A DNA stretch of 64,000 nucleotides from Flavobacteriales bacterium (GTDB lineage Bacteria > Bacteroidota > Bacteroidia > Flavobacteriales_F > PHOS-HE28): positions 389-64,388 of the forward strand of contig JANMKC010000010.1 of assembly GCA_031371785.1 (NCBI GenBank), given 5' to 3'. Under the pieces are notes generated by a model, which saw only the letters and a list, made by a program, of their open reading frames with translations, had not been told where the DNA came from and did not search any database. The translations under genes and the position numbers were made by a program. Numbering within the stretch: the stretch's first letter is position 1; each line of letters starts with the position of its first letter. This document shows, piece after piece, positions 27,148-37,750 of this stretch.

Positions 27148-30100
27148 ATGTCGACCACCAAACAATACTGGCAGGACCTGGGCGAGCTGACCGATGCGCC
27201 GCAGGTCCCCACGAACGAGTTCAATACGCCCCTGCCCCTCGCGGAAGCGCTTTCCAACACGGGCCTTACGGGTGCCACTACCGGCCGCCGTGATTTCCTG
27301 AAGTTCCTCGGCTTCTCCCTCAGCGCCGCCACGCTCGCCGCCTGCGAAACGCCGGTGATCAAGAGCATTCCCTATGTGAACAAGCCGGAGGAGATCACTC
27401 CCGGCGTTGCGAACTGGTATGCGAGCACCTACTACGACGGTGAGGATTTCGGCAGTGTGCTGGTGAAGACCCGCGAAGGCCGTCCCATCCACATCAAGGG
27501 CAACACACGCTTCGGGATCAACAGGAACCCGGACACCAAGAAAGGGTCGATCAACGCGCGCATCAACAGCAGCGTGATCACACTCTATGATAACGAGCGC
27601 GTGCAAGGCCCGGTGATGAACGAGGGCGAAAAAGGATGGAGCACTACCACGTGGGCCGCTGCTGACAAGGCCATTGGAGCGAATCTCGCGAAGATCAGTG
27701 CCAGTGGAAAGCGCATCGTGCTGTTGACCAATACGGTGATCAGCCCCAGCGCGAAGCAGGCGATCGACCTGTTCAAGAACAAGATCGGCGGAACGGCGCT
27801 GGCGCAGGGAAGTGATGATGGATTGAGCGTGCAAGTGGGTTCCAAAGTGGACCACGTGCAATACGACACCATCAGCTACGCGGGCATCACGAACGCCAAC
27901 CAGAAGAGCTTCGGCAAGCGTGTGTTCCCGAGCTATGACCTCACCAAGGCCGACGTGCTCGTAGGTATTGGCGCGGATTTCCTGAGCACCTGGGGCAGCA
28001 CCACGGAGAACACCTGGCAATATGCCGTACGTCGTCGTCCGGAAGATGCGACCGCCGAGAAACCGATGAGCCGCCACTGGCAGTTCGAAGCATTGATGAG
28101 CCTGACCGGTGCGAACGCGGATCAGCGTGCGGCCGTGAAGCCGAGCCAGGTCCCCGCCGTGGTGATGGGCCTGCACGATGCCATCGCGAAGAAGATCGGC
28201 GGTGCGACGGCAGGTGCAGCATCCATCGATGCGCACACCGATGAAGCCATCGCCGTATGCGCTGCCGAACTCATGGCCGCGAAAGGCAAGAGCCTGGTCG
28301 TATGCGGCTTCAATGAAGAAGGCACGCAAGTGCTGGTGAACAGCATCAACATGATGCTGGGCAATTATGGAAGCACGATCGATCTGGCGAACCACACGTA
28401 CTTCAAGCAAGGCGATGACGCTGCGGTGCAGCAACTGGTGAAGGATATGAACGCGGGTGCCGTCGGTGCGATCCTGATCGTGGGTGTGAATCCCGCCTAC
28501 AGCTTGCCCAATGCGGCCGAGTTCGCCGCAGGCCTGAAGAAAGTGGACCTGAGCGTGAGCTTCAGCGGCTACAGCGATGAGACCGCGAGCCTGTGCAGCA
28601 GCATACTCCCTGACCACCATTGGCTCGAAAGCTGGAACGACTTCATGCCGAAGCCGGGCCGTTACGCGCTCGCGCAGCCGACGATCACGCCGCTCTTCAG
28701 CACGCGCCAATGGCCGGAGACCCTGCTGAAGTGGAGCGGCAACGACAGCAACTGGCACGACTACATACAAGGGGTGTGGCAAGCCAACATGGCCGCGCAC
28801 GCTGAAACTCCCGGATCCTTCATCGAGGCGTGGGACATGAGCGTCCACAACGGCGTGTTCGATGCGTACACCAATGCTGCGGAGCCCGCCGTGTTCGCAG
28901 GCAACATCACAGAAGCCGCGGCCAATGCGAAGAAGAGCGTGGCAGGTGCCGCTACGGGCGATGGCTCTTACGAGGTGCAGCTCTATACCAAGGAATCCAT
29001 CGGCAGCGGCTTGCACGCCAACAACCCGTGGTTGCAGGAAATGCCCGATCCGCTCACCAAGTGTACGTGGGACAACTATGTGTGCATGGCCCCAGCGGAC
29101 TTGATGCGCATCACGGGCAAGAAGGACATCAAGTCGCTTTCCATCGGGCAGGACGAACCCGCGCATGTGGTGAAGGTGTCGGTGAACGGCACCGAACTGG
29201 AACTGCCGGTGATCCCGGCCCCAGGTCAAACTCCCGGAACGATCAGCGTTGCGCTCGGCTATGGCCGCGGTGCGAAAGGCGAACGCGTAGGCCGCGCCGC
29301 GTGCTTGCGCAATGACGACGGTTCACCCGCACCCATCGGGCAGAACGCCTATCCGTGGACCAACGTGATCAATGGTGCGGTGAGCTATGCGGCGATGAGC
29401 GGCAAGGTGGAGGGCACATCGAAAACCTATCCGCTCGGCCTCACGCAAACGCAGCTCACCGGCATGGACCGTGAGAGCATCATCAAGGAAACAACGTTCG
29501 CGGTGTGGGCGAAGCACGAGCCCAAGGAGTCCTACAACGAGATCGAGATGATCACGGTGCATGAGGACGTGAACCACGATGGCCAGATCGACGCGCAGGA
29601 CAAAGTGCCCGCTTCCGAAGTGAACCTGTGGAAGGACCATGCGGTGGCCGAAGTGGGCCACCACTGGGGCATGACGATCGACCTGAACAGTTGCATCGGC
29701 TGCGGGGCGTGCATCACAGCGTGCAACAGCGAGAACAACATTCCGGTGGTGGGCAAGGATGAAGTGCGCCGCAGCCGCGAGATGCACTGGATGCGGATCG
29801 ATCGCTACTACAGCAGCGACATGACGCACGCCAAAGGCAGGGCAGAGGGCATGGGCAAGATCGAGCGCTACCTCTTGATGGAGGAGCCATCGGCCCAACC
29901 GCGCGTGTTCTTCATGCCGGTGATGTGCCAGCACTGCAACCACGCTCCCTGCGAAACGGTGTGCCCGGTGGCCGCCACCACGCACAGCCTCGAAGGCCTC
30001 AACATGATGGCCTACAACCGGTGCATCGGCACGCGTTACTGCGCGAACAATTGCCCGTACAAAGTGCGCCGCTTCAATTGGTTCAACTACGTCACGGAGA

Positions 30101-30489
30101 AATTCGGCCAGGTGAATCCCGCGTGGGACGAGCTCGGTCGCATGGTGCTGAACCCCGACGTGACGGTGCGCAGCCGTGGGGTGATCGAGAAGTGCAGCCT
30201 CTGCGTGCAGCAGATCCAAGGCGGCAAGATCGCGGCGAAGAAGGCCGGCACGCCAGTGATGGACGGCGCGATCGAGACCGCATGCAGCGCCGGATGCCCC
30301 ACGAACGCTATCACCTTCGGCGACCTGAACGACAGCAAGAGCAAGGCCCTGGCGCTGAGCCAGGACGAACGTGCCTACCACATGCTCGAAGAGATCGGCG
30401 TGAAACCGAACGTCAGTTACCTGGCCCGGGTGCGCAACCGCGAAGAAGAGCCGGAGGTAGCCGAAACAACCGAAGAAGCCCACCACTAG
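27148..30489 (+). CDS. actB: Alternative complex III subunit ActB (Tat-signal molybdopterin-oxidoreductase-like plus 4Fe-4S domain)
   Basis: Tat motif GRRDFLKFLG; C-terminal ferredoxin Cys clusters CIGCGACITAC, CQHCNHAPCETVCP, CIGTRYCANNCP. Confidence 0.9.
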   Translation: MSTTKQYWQDLGELTDAPQVPTNEFNTPLPLAEALSNTGLTGATTGRRDFLKFLGFSLSAATLAACETPVIKSIPYVNKPEEITPGVANWYASTYYDGEDFGSVLVKTREGRPIHIKGNTRFGINRNPDTKKGSINARINSSVITLYDNERVQGPVMNEGEKGWSTTTWAAADKAIGANLAKISASGKRIVLLTNTVISPSAKQAIDLFKNKIGGTALAQGSDDGLSVQVGSKVDHVQYDTISYAGITNANQKSFGKRVFPSYDLTKADVLVGIGADFLSTWGSTTENTWQYAVRRRPEDATAEKPMSRHWQFEALMSLTGANADQRAAVKPSQVPAVVMGLHDAIAKKIGGATAGAASIDAHTDEAIAVCAAELMAAKGKSLVVCGFNEEGTQVLVNSINMMLGNYGSTIDLANHTYFKQGDDAAVQQLVKDMNAGAVGAILIVGVNPAYSLPNAAEFAAGLKKVDLSVSFSGYSDETASLCSSILPDHHWLESWNDFMPKPGRYALAQPTITPLFSTRQWPETLLKWSGNDSNWHDYIQGVWQANMAAHAETPGSFIEAWDMSVHNGVFDAYTNAAEPAVFAGNITEAAANAKKSVAGAATGDGSYEVQLYTKESIGSGLHANNPWLQEMPDPLTKCTWDNYVCMAPADLMRITGKKDIKSLSIGQDEPAHVVKVSVNGTELELPVIPAPGQTPGTISVALGYGRGAKGERVGRAACLRNDDGSPAPIGQNAYPWTNVINGAVSYAAMSGKVEGTSKTYPLGLTQTQLTGMDRESIIKETTFAVWAKHEPKESYNEIEMITVHEDVNHDGQIDAQDKVPASEVNLWKDHAVAEVGHHWGMTIDLNSCIGCGACITACNSENNIPVVGKDEVRRSREMHWMRIDRYYSSDMTHAKGRAEGMGKIERYLLMEEPSAQPRVFFMPVMCQHCNHAPCETVCPVAATTHSLEGLNMMAYNRCIGTRYCANNCPYKVRRFNWFNYVTEKFGQVNPAWDELGRMVLNPDVTVRSRGVIEKCSLCVQQIQGGKIAAKKAGTPVMDGAIETACSAGCPTNAITFGDLNDSKSKALALSQDERAYHMLEEIGVKPNVSYLARVRNREEEPEVAETTEEAHH

Positions 30490-30493
30490 GACC

Positions 30494-31885
30494 ATGCACA
30501 GCGAATCATCGCTCCGCGAGCCGCTCATCCTGGGCCACCGCACGTACCACGACATCACCAACGACCTGGTGAAGCCGATCGAGGACAAAGCGTCCCGTGC
30601 GTGGTACGTGCTCATCACCATCGCGGCGCTCATCGCCGCGTACGGCATCGGCTGCATCATGTACCTCTTCAGCAAGGGCATCGGGGTGTGGGGCTTGAAC
30701 AAGACCGTTGACTGGGCATGGGACATCACCAACTTCGTTTGGTGGGTCGGTATCGGCCACGCCGGCACGCTCATCAGCGCGGTGCTCCTGCTCTTCCGCC
30801 AGAAGTGGCGCATGGCGGTGAACCGCAGCGCCGAGGCGATGACCATTTTCGCCGTGATCATGGCCGCCACTTTCCCCATGATCCACATGGGCCGCATCTG
30901 GATGGCCTCCTGGGTGTTCCCGTTGCCCAACCAGTTCGGTTCGCTGTGGGTAAACTTCAACAGTCCGCTGCTCTGGGACGTGTTCGCGATCAGCACATAC
31001 TTCTCGGTAAGTGTGGTGTTCTGGTACATCGGCCTGATCCCCGACTTCGCCACCATACGCGACAAAGTGGTGAAGCCTTGGCAGAAGAAATTCTATGGGA
31101 TCCTCAGCTTCGGTTGGACCGGCAACGCCAAAGCATGGACCCGCTTCGAGGAAGTGAGCTTGGTGCTGGCGGGTCTCAGCACGCCACTGGTATTCTCCGT
31201 TCACTCCGTGGTAAGTATGGACTTCGCCACCTCGGTGGTTCCGGGTTGGCATACGACGATCTTCCCGCCCTACTTCGTGAGCGGTGCGGTGTTCAGCGGA
31301 TTCGCCATGGTGCAAACACTGTTGCTGGTGATGCGCAAGACGATGAGACTTGAAGCGTACGTGACGATCAAGCACATCGAGTACATGAACATCATCATCA
31401 TCGTTACCGGGTCGATCGTGGGCGTTGCCTACATCACCGAGTTGTTCATCAGCTGGTACGGTGGTGTGGAATACGAGAGCTACGCGTTCATCAACCGCGC
31501 GACGGGTCCTTACTGGTGGGCGTACTGGGCGATGATGACCTGCAACGTGATCAGTCCGCAGCTCTTCTGGGTGCGCAGCTGGCGCCGCAACCTGGTCTTC
31601 ACCTTCTTCATGAGCCTGGTGGTGAACACGGGCATGTGGTTCGAGCGCTTCGTGATCATCGTTACCAGTTTGCACCGCGACTACCTTCCGAGCAGCTGGA
31701 CGATGTTCCACCCAACTTGGGTGGACGTGGGGATCTTCCTCGGCACCATCGGCATCTTCTTCACCCTTTACCTGCTCTTCGCCCGTTTCTTCCCCGTGCT
31801 GGCGTTGAACGAGTTGAAGTCGATCCTGAAGAACAGTGGCGAGAGCTACAAGAAGAACGGCCATTCCAACCTTCCTCATCATTGA
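30494..31885 (+). CDS. actC: Alternative complex III subunit ActC (NrfD/PsrC-family quinol-interacting membrane subunit)
   Basis: Polytopic membrane protein, WDITNFVWWVGIGHAGTLISA, position after actB. Confidence 0.85.
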   Translation: MHSESSLREPLILGHRTYHDITNDLVKPIEDKASRAWYVLITIAALIAAYGIGCIMYLFSKGIGVWGLNKTVDWAWDITNFVWWVGIGHAGTLISAVLLLFRQKWRMAVNRSAEAMTIFAVIMAATFPMIHMGRIWMASWVFPLPNQFGSLWVNFNSPLLWDVFAISTYFSVSVVFWYIGLIPDFATIRDKVVKPWQKKFYGILSFGWTGNAKAWTRFEEVSLVLAGLSTPLVFSVHSVVSMDFATSVVPGWHTTIFPPYFVSGAVFSGFAMVQTLLLVMRKTMRLEAYVTIKHIEYMNIIIIVTGSIVGVAYITELFISWYGGVEYESYAFINRATGPYWWAYWAMMTCNVISPQLFWVRSWRRNLVFTFFMSLVVNTGMWFERFVIIVTSLHRDYLPSSWTMFHPTWVDVGIFLGTIGIFFTLYLLFARFFPVLALNELKSILKNSGESYKKNGHSNLPHH

Positions 31886-31888
31886 CCG

Positions 31889-32422
31889 ATGGCTGAAAAG
31901 ATCATCTACGCGGTATACGAGGACCCTGAGCAGCTGAAGAGCGCGGCGCGGAAGCTGGTGACGGCGGGCGTGAAAGTGCGCGACGTGTTCAGCCCGTTCC
32001 CCATCCACGGCATCGACCCCATCATCGGCATCACGCGCACACGTTTGGGCATCGCCTCCTTCATGTTCGGGATCAGCGGCACCTCGCTCGCGCTGCTCAC
32101 CATGTGGTACATGATGATCCACGACTGGCCGATGGACATCGGTGGCAAACCCAACTGGACGCTCTACCATAACCTGCCTGCCTTCATTCCGGTGACCTTC
32201 GAATTCACCGTGCTCTGCGCCGCTCACGGCATGGCCATCACCTACCTGATCCGCAACAAGACCTTGCCGGGCATGCCGGGCCGCAACCCCGATCCGCGCA
32301 GCACCGATGACAAGTTCATCATGGAACTGCGCACGGAGGAGAACCACGGACATAGCGCTGAGGCCATGACCGCGATGCTGCGCGAGACGCCTGTGTTCGA
32401 GATCAACGAACGCCAATGCTGA
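31889..32422 (+). CDS. actD: Alternative complex III subunit ActD (DUF3341)
   Basis: AVYEDPEQLKSAARKL..VRDVFSPFPIHGID plus two TM segments; gene order. Confidence 0.8.
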   Translation: MAEKIIYAVYEDPEQLKSAARKLVTAGVKVRDVFSPFPIHGIDPIIGITRTRLGIASFMFGISGTSLALLTMWYMMIHDWPMDIGGKPNWTLYHNLPAFIPVTFEFTVLCAAHGMAITYLIRNKTLPGMPGRNPDPRSTDDKFIMELRTEENHGHSAEAMTAMLRETPVFEINERQC

Positions 32423-33198
32423 AGCCTATGAGCAAGCAACTGTTCATCCTCGGCACGATCCTCGGCGCTGTTGTGCTGATGAGTTCCTGCGGCGGCGAGA
32501 AAGACAGTCCGGGCATCGAATACATGCCGGACATGTACCGCGGCCCAGCGATCGAAGCCTACGTGGACTACGGCCAGGACCCCTACTACTTCGGTGACAG
32601 CACGGTGATCCATGAGCGGAACACGCAAAGTGCGCGGCTCCCGGCTCCCGGTAGTATCCCATTCGCGGCGGACCAGAGCAAGGCGGCGTTCAACTTCCCC
32701 TATCCGTACGCCAACACGCCGGAGGATTATGAGCGCGCGGGTATCGAACTGCACAGCCCGATCGCGATGACCGAAGAGACGGTGGCGAAAGGCAAGGTGA
32801 TCTTCATCAAATTCTGCATGCACTGCCACGGCGAGCACGGCCAGGGGGATGGCAAAGTGGTGAGCGAAGGGAATTATCCGCCGCCGCCGCCCTACAACGG
32901 ATCACAGCTCGCGTCACTTCCTGAAGGCAAGATGTTCCACTCGCTCACGTATGGAAAGAACATCGGCATGGGCAGCCACGCGAGCCAGTTGAACAAGGAG
33001 GAGCGGTGGATGGTGATCCAGTACGTGAAATTCCTGCAGGCGGGTGAGAAGATGCCGGGCGCGGCGATGCCGGCCGACAGCACACCTTCGCCAGGCTTCG
33101 GCGCACAAGGCACGAAGACCGCCCCGACGACCATGCCTGCGGGTTCCACCGGCAAGGCCAGCACAGCCCCCGGTTCTTCGACCGCAGTGAACCGATAA
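32416..33198 (+). CDS. actE: Alternative complex III subunit ActE (monohaem cytochrome c lipoprotein)
   Basis: Lipobox VVLMSSC, single CMHCH haem motif; start could be 32428. Confidence 0.8.
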   Translation: MLKPMSKQLFILGTILGAVVLMSSCGGEKDSPGIEYMPDMYRGPAIEAYVDYGQDPYYFGDSTVIHERNTQSARLPAPGSIPFAADQSKAAFNFPYPYANTPEDYERAGIELHSPIAMTEETVAKGKVIFIKFCMHCHGEHGQGDGKVVSEGNYPPPPPYNGSQLASLPEGKMFHSLTYGKNIGMGSHASQLNKEERWMVIQYVKFLQAGEKMPGAAMPADSTPSPGFGAQGTKTAPTTMPAGSTGKASTAPGSSTAVNR

Positions 33199-33208
33199 GA
33201 CAGCAGCG

Positions 33209-34435
33209 ATGAACTTCACCTTCAGCAAACGGGCCCGCACCTTGAGCATGGTGCTCATGGTGGTGGGCGTGGTGCTCGCGGCGATCGGCTACTTCAGTTT
33301 GAAGAGCGATCCGTACACTGCGGAAAGCGCAGGCCAGAACTTCTGGTCCGCGCTCTTCATCAATGGCTTCTTCTTCTTCGGCATATCGCTCGGCACCTTG
33401 TTCTTCTACTCATTGCAGTTCGCCACGGAGAGCAGCTGGAGCGTGCTGGTGCGCCGCGTGTACGAAGGGGTGTTCAGCTACCTGCCGATCGGTGCCGGTG
33501 TGGTCATTGTCTGCCTCCTTGCGGGCCAGCTCGGCCTGCATCACACATGGAGCTGGATGGACCATCGCGCATTGGACCATAACGATCCCGCGCACTACGA
33601 CAAGCTGATCGAGTACAAGCAGCCCTTCCTGAACCCGGTGTTCTTCTGGGCGCGCACGATCGCGTTCATCGGCATCTTCGCCTTCGCCGCGAATTGGTTC
33701 CGCCAGCAGAGCCTGAAGATGGACGGTCTTTCGGGCGATGACCTGGTGCGGCAACACTTGCTCACCTATCGGCGCAGCGCGCTCTTCCTGGTGTTGTTCG
33801 CGGTGTTCAGCAGCGTGATGGCGTGGGACTGGCTGATGAGCATCGACGTGCATTGGTTCAGCACACTGTACGGCTGGTACGTGTTCGCCGGCATGTGGTG
33901 CGCGGCGATGATCACCGGCGTGGTACTGGTGCTCTACCTGAAGAGCAAGGGTTACCTGCCCCAAGTGAACAACAGCCACATCCACGACATGGGCAAGTGG
34001 GTCTTCGCCACCAGCTTCCTGTGGACCTACCTTTACTTCAGCCAGTTCATGTTGTACTGGTACGCGAACATCCCGGAAGAGGTGACCTATTTCGCGCAAC
34101 GCATCGATCATCACCCAACGCTCATGTGGGGCATGTTCTTCATCAACTTCGCCGTACCGATGGTGCTGCTGATGAGCCGGGATGCCAAGCGCAACCCGCG
34201 CTTCCTCATCGGGGTGGGCACGATCATCATCATCGGCCATTGGCTGGACACCTGCCAATTGGTGCTGCCCGGTTCCATGGGCGAGAACTTCAACCATATC
34301 GGAGCGCTGGAGGTGGGCCTCTTCCTGTTCTTCCTCGGGGTGTTCGTCACGCGCGTGCTGAGCACGCTCACCAAGGCACCGCTCACCGTGGTGAACAGTC
34401 CGTACCTCGAAGAGAGCGTACATCACAGCATCTGA
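33209..34435 (+). CDS. actF: Alternative complex III subunit ActF (membrane subunit)
   Basis: Polytopic membrane protein directly after actE, before cox genes. Confidence 0.8.
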   Translation: MNFTFSKRARTLSMVLMVVGVVLAAIGYFSLKSDPYTAESAGQNFWSALFINGFFFFGISLGTLFFYSLQFATESSWSVLVRRVYEGVFSYLPIGAGVVIVCLLAGQLGLHHTWSWMDHRALDHNDPAHYDKLIEYKQPFLNPVFFWARTIAFIGIFAFAANWFRQQSLKMDGLSGDDLVRQHLLTYRRSALFLVLFAVFSSVMAWDWLMSIDVHWFSTLYGWYVFAGMWCAAMITGVVLVLYLKSKGYLPQVNNSHIHDMGKWVFATSFLWTYLYFSQFMLYWYANIPEEVTYFAQRIDHHPTLMWGMFFINFAVPMVLLMSRDAKRNPRFLIGVGTIIIIGHWLDTCQLVLPGSMGENFNHIGALEVGLFLFFLGVFVTRVLSTLTKAPLTVVNSPYLEESVHHSI

Positions 34436-34458
34436 ACAAAGAGAAACGCTACAAGAGA

Positions 34459-34596
34459 AACGCAGAGACGCAGAGGAGAAATGCGGAGGAACGCGGAGAC
34501 ATATTCCAGAACTGCCATTGCCGAAGGCGGTCTCTGCGTGAACGACATGCGGCAGGGATCCCTCTGCGTAGCCCCGCGCCTCCGCGCCTCTGCGTT
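34459..34596. repeat. REP-like imperfect palindromic element (aacgcagag ... ctctgcgtt family), copy 1
   Basis: acgcagag twice in left half, ctctgcgt three times in right half; termini aacgcagag (34459-34467) and ctctgcgtt (34588-34596) are reverse complements; second copy at 63740-63863. Confidence 0.75.
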
Positions 34597-34641
34597 AGCA
34601 TATGAACCAACCAGCCGCGATACGCGTTGATCCACTGACCC

Positions 34642-35925
34642 ATGATGACGTTGTTGATCCTTGCGGTGATCGTGCTCGGCATATTGGCCGTGACGCGCCT
34701 GAGCCGCGTGTACGAACTGACCGCCGCGCTGCGCGATAAGCGCGAAGAGGAGATCAGCGACCGCGACAGCAAGATGAACGCGCGCCTGCTGATGGCCTTC
34801 CCCTTCGCGTACTTCGCCTTCTTCCTCTGGCTCACCGTCCACTACAAGAAGCACATGCTTCCGGTAAGCGCCAGTGAGAATGGCGTATGGCTCGACGACC
34901 TGATGAACTTCAACTGGGCGATCCTGATCGTCGCCTTCTTCATCACGAACATCCTGCTGTTCTACTTCGCTGGCAAGTACTACCACCGCAAAGACCGCCG
35001 GGCCTACTACTACCCGCACAACAACAAGTGGGAACTAGCGTGGACGATCGTACCGGCCATCGTGATGATCGCCATCATCATCTACGGGCTGAACGTCTGG
35101 AACCGCATTACCGCTGCACCGCCCGCAGGCACACCACAGGTCGAGCTGTACGCGCAGCAGTTCAACTGGACCGCCCGCTATCCGGGGCTTGACGGCAAGC
35201 TGGGCGCAACGGATTTCCGGCTGATCAACGACAAGAACCCGCTGGGCATCGTAACGCCGGGATCGATCAAGGAGCGGCTCGATGAACTTGATACGTTGAT
35301 CGCAGCGGATGAAAAGCGCTTGGTGAACGAGGATGCCTACCTGCCACCGGACAGGAAGGACGAACTGGAGATCCACCTCACGCACGAGCGCCGTGTAGCG
35401 GGCCGCGTGGTGAACCTGCGCACATTGATGGAGCAGGACATCGCGGAGAAAGGTGAAGCCAGCCAGTACAAGTACGGTGCTGACGACATCGTGGTGAAGG
35501 AATTCCACCTGCCGGTGCGCGTGCCGGTGGAACTGGTGATCCGCAGCAAGGATGTGATCCACAGCGCCTTCATGCCGCACATGCGCGCGCAGATGAACGC
35601 GGTGCCGGGCATGACCACGCGGATCCACATGAAACCGACGATCACCACGGACAGCATGCGCACCATCATGCACGATCCGGCCTTTGAATACCTGCTTCTG
35701 TGCAACAAGATCTGCGGTGCCAACCACTTCAACATGCAGATGCCGCTGACGGTGGAACCCGAAGGGGCTTACAACGTCTGGCTCGCTCAGCAGAAAGGCT
35801 TCGAGACGGGAGGACCCGCGAAGACGGAAGCCGCACCGATGGACACAACCCAAGCCAAGGCGACGACCGCCACGGCCATGAACGAAACTCCGGCCCTTCC
35901 GCCGGGGGAACCGAAAAAGAACTGA
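34642..35925 (+). CDS. coxB: Cytochrome c oxidase subunit II
   Basis: Two N-terminal TM helices, cupredoxin domain with VIHSAF and CuA-type CNKICGANHFNM. Confidence 0.85.
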   Translation: MMTLLILAVIVLGILAVTRLSRVYELTAALRDKREEEISDRDSKMNARLLMAFPFAYFAFFLWLTVHYKKHMLPVSASENGVWLDDLMNFNWAILIVAFFITNILLFYFAGKYYHRKDRRAYYYPHNNKWELAWTIVPAIVMIAIIIYGLNVWNRITAAPPAGTPQVELYAQQFNWTARYPGLDGKLGATDFRLINDKNPLGIVTPGSIKERLDELDTLIAADEKRLVNEDAYLPPDRKDELEIHLTHERRVAGRVVNLRTLMEQDIAEKGEASQYKYGADDIVVKEFHLPVRVPVELVIRSKDVIHSAFMPHMRAQMNAVPGMTTRIHMKPTITTDSMRTIMHDPAFEYLLLCNKICGANHFNMQMPLTVEPEGAYNVWLAQQKGFETGGPAKTEAAPMDTTQAKATTATAMNETPALPPGEPKKN

Positions 35926-35927
35926 CG

Positions 35928-37736
35928 ATGAGTTCCGTAGCGACCGCCCCTGCCGCCGTGCAAAGCCATGGCCACGCGGAACATCACCACCACGAGGAGA
36001 GCTTCATCTCGAAGTACGTCTTCTCGCAGGATCACAAGATGATCAGCAAGCAGTTCCTGGTCACCGCGATCATCATGGCCTGGGTGGCCGTGGTGATGTC
36101 GATCATGTTCCGCCTGCAACTGGCGTGGCCCAATGAGGGCTTCGCGTTCACACACTTCTTCCTCGGCGACAAATGGGCACCGGCCGGTGTGCTGAAGCCC
36201 GACATGTACCTCGCGCTGGTCACCATCCACGGCACCATCATGGTGTTCTTCGTGCTTACCGGTGGCTTGAGCGGCACGTTCGCGAACCTGTTGATCCCCT
36301 TCCAAGTGGGCGCGCGCGATATGGCGAGCGGCTTCCTGAACATGCTTTCGTACTGGGCCTTCTTCATCAGCAGCGTACTGATGATCAGCTCGCTCTTCGT
36401 GGAAGGTGGCCCCGCTTCCGCAGGCTGGACGATCTACCCGCCCTTGAGCGCATTGCCCCAAGCCATTTCGGGTTCGGACACCGGAATGACCTTGTGGATA
36501 TCGAGCATGGCGGTCTTCATCGCCAGTGCGCTGCTCGGCGGTTTGAACTACATCGTCACGGTCCTCAACCTGCGCACTGCCGGCATGAAGATGACACGGC
36601 TGCCGCTCACGGTGTGGGCGCTGTTCATCACGGCTGTGCTGGGCGTGCTCTCCTTCCCCGTGCTGCTCAGCGCTTCGTTGCTGCTGATGCTCGACCGCCT
36701 GCTGGGAACCAGCTTCTACCTGAGCGAGATCCACATCGGTGGTGAGCCGCTGGACCACATGGGTGGAAGCCCCATCCTTTTCCAGCACCTGTTCTGGTTC
36801 CTGGGCCACCCGGAAGTGTACATCGTGCTGCTGCCGGCCTTGGGCATCACCTCGGAAGTGATCGCCACGAACAGCCGCAAGCCCATCTTCGGATATCGCG
36901 CGATGATCGGATCCATTCTTGCGATCGGCTTCCTGAGCTTCATCGTGTGGGGCCACCACATGTTCATCACCGGCATGAACCCTTTCCTCGGAAGCGTGTT
37001 CGTGTTCACCACCCTGCTCATAGCGATCCCCAGCGCGGTGAAGGTGTTCAACTACATCACCACGTTGTGGCGCGGCAACATCGTGCTCTCACCGGCCATG
37101 CTCTTCAGCATCGGGCTGGTGGCCACCTTCATCGCAGGCGGCCTCACCGGCATCATCCTCGCGGACAGCGCGCTGGACATCCCGATCCACGACACCTACT
37201 TCGTCGTTGCGCACTTCCACATCGTGATGGGCATGAGCGCCATTTTCGGCATGTTCGCCGGCATCTACCATTGGTTCCCGCGCATGTACGGCCGCATGAT
37301 GAACACCAAGCTCGGCTACGCGCACTTCTGGGTCACCTTCATCTGTGCGTTCGGCGTGTTCTTCCCCATGCACTACATCGGCTTGGCCGGTGCGCCGCGC
37401 CGCTACTACAGCTACAGCGAGTTCACCATGTTCAACGGGGTCATCGACCTGAACATCCTGGTCACCTTCTTCGCCATCACCGGTGCGCTCGCGCAGATCC
37501 TCTTCACCTACAACTTCTTCCACAGCATCTGGCGCGGGCAGAAGAGCGTGCAGAACCCGTGGAAGAGCAACACCCTGGAGTGGACCTCACCCGTGAAGCC
37601 CATGCACGGCAACTGGGCCGGCCCGCTGCCCACGGTGTACCGCTGGCCTTATGACTACAGCAAGCCCGGCAAGGCGGAGGATTTCGTTCCTCAGAACGTG
37701 CCGCTGGAAGAAGGTGAGGAGGAGGTACACGGGTGA
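35928..37736 (+). CDS. ctaD: Cytochrome c oxidase subunit I
   Basis: Start trimmed to MSSVATAPAAV (ATG 35928, 2 nt after coxB stop); LFWFLGHPEVYIVLLPALG, WGHHMF, VVAHFHIVM. Confidence 0.92.
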   Translation: MSSVATAPAAVQSHGHAEHHHHEESFISKYVFSQDHKMISKQFLVTAIIMAWVAVVMSIMFRLQLAWPNEGFAFTHFFLGDKWAPAGVLKPDMYLALVTIHGTIMVFFVLTGGLSGTFANLLIPFQVGARDMASGFLNMLSYWAFFISSVLMISSLFVEGGPASAGWTIYPPLSALPQAISGSDTGMTLWISSMAVFIASALLGGLNYIVTVLNLRTAGMKMTRLPLTVWALFITAVLGVLSFPVLLSASLLLMLDRLLGTSFYLSEIHIGGEPLDHMGGSPILFQHLFWFLGHPEVYIVLLPALGITSEVIATNSRKPIFGYRAMIGSILAIGFLSFIVWGHHMFITGMNPFLGSVFVFTTLLIAIPSAVKVFNYITTLWRGNIVLSPAMLFSIGLVATFIAGGLTGIILADSALDIPIHDTYFVVAHFHIVMGMSAIFGMFAGIYHWFPRMYGRMMNTKLGYAHFWVTFICAFGVFFPMHYIGLAGAPRRYYSYSEFTMFNGVIDLNILVTFFAITGALAQILFTYNFFHSIWRGQKSVQNPWKSNTLEWTSPVKPMHGNWAGPLPTVYRWPYDYSKPGKAEDFVPQNVPLEEGEEEVHG

Positions 37737-37750
37737 CCGATATTGGTTGG

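Noticed and set aside
27082-29229. Very long ORFs antisense to or overlapping strong genes (e.g. 27082-29229, 29323-31065, 30506-32416, 33410-34426, 35787-36959, 25875-27017, 51572-53248, 57242-58639, 46648-47598, 47988-49256, 19752-20903, 15915-16781, 6718-7755, 9849-11102)
   Set aside because: These are shadow ORFs typical of high-GC DNA. Their translations are Arg/Ala/His/Gly-rich low-complexity sequence without motifs, while the opposite or other frame encodes proteins with clear conserved motifs.
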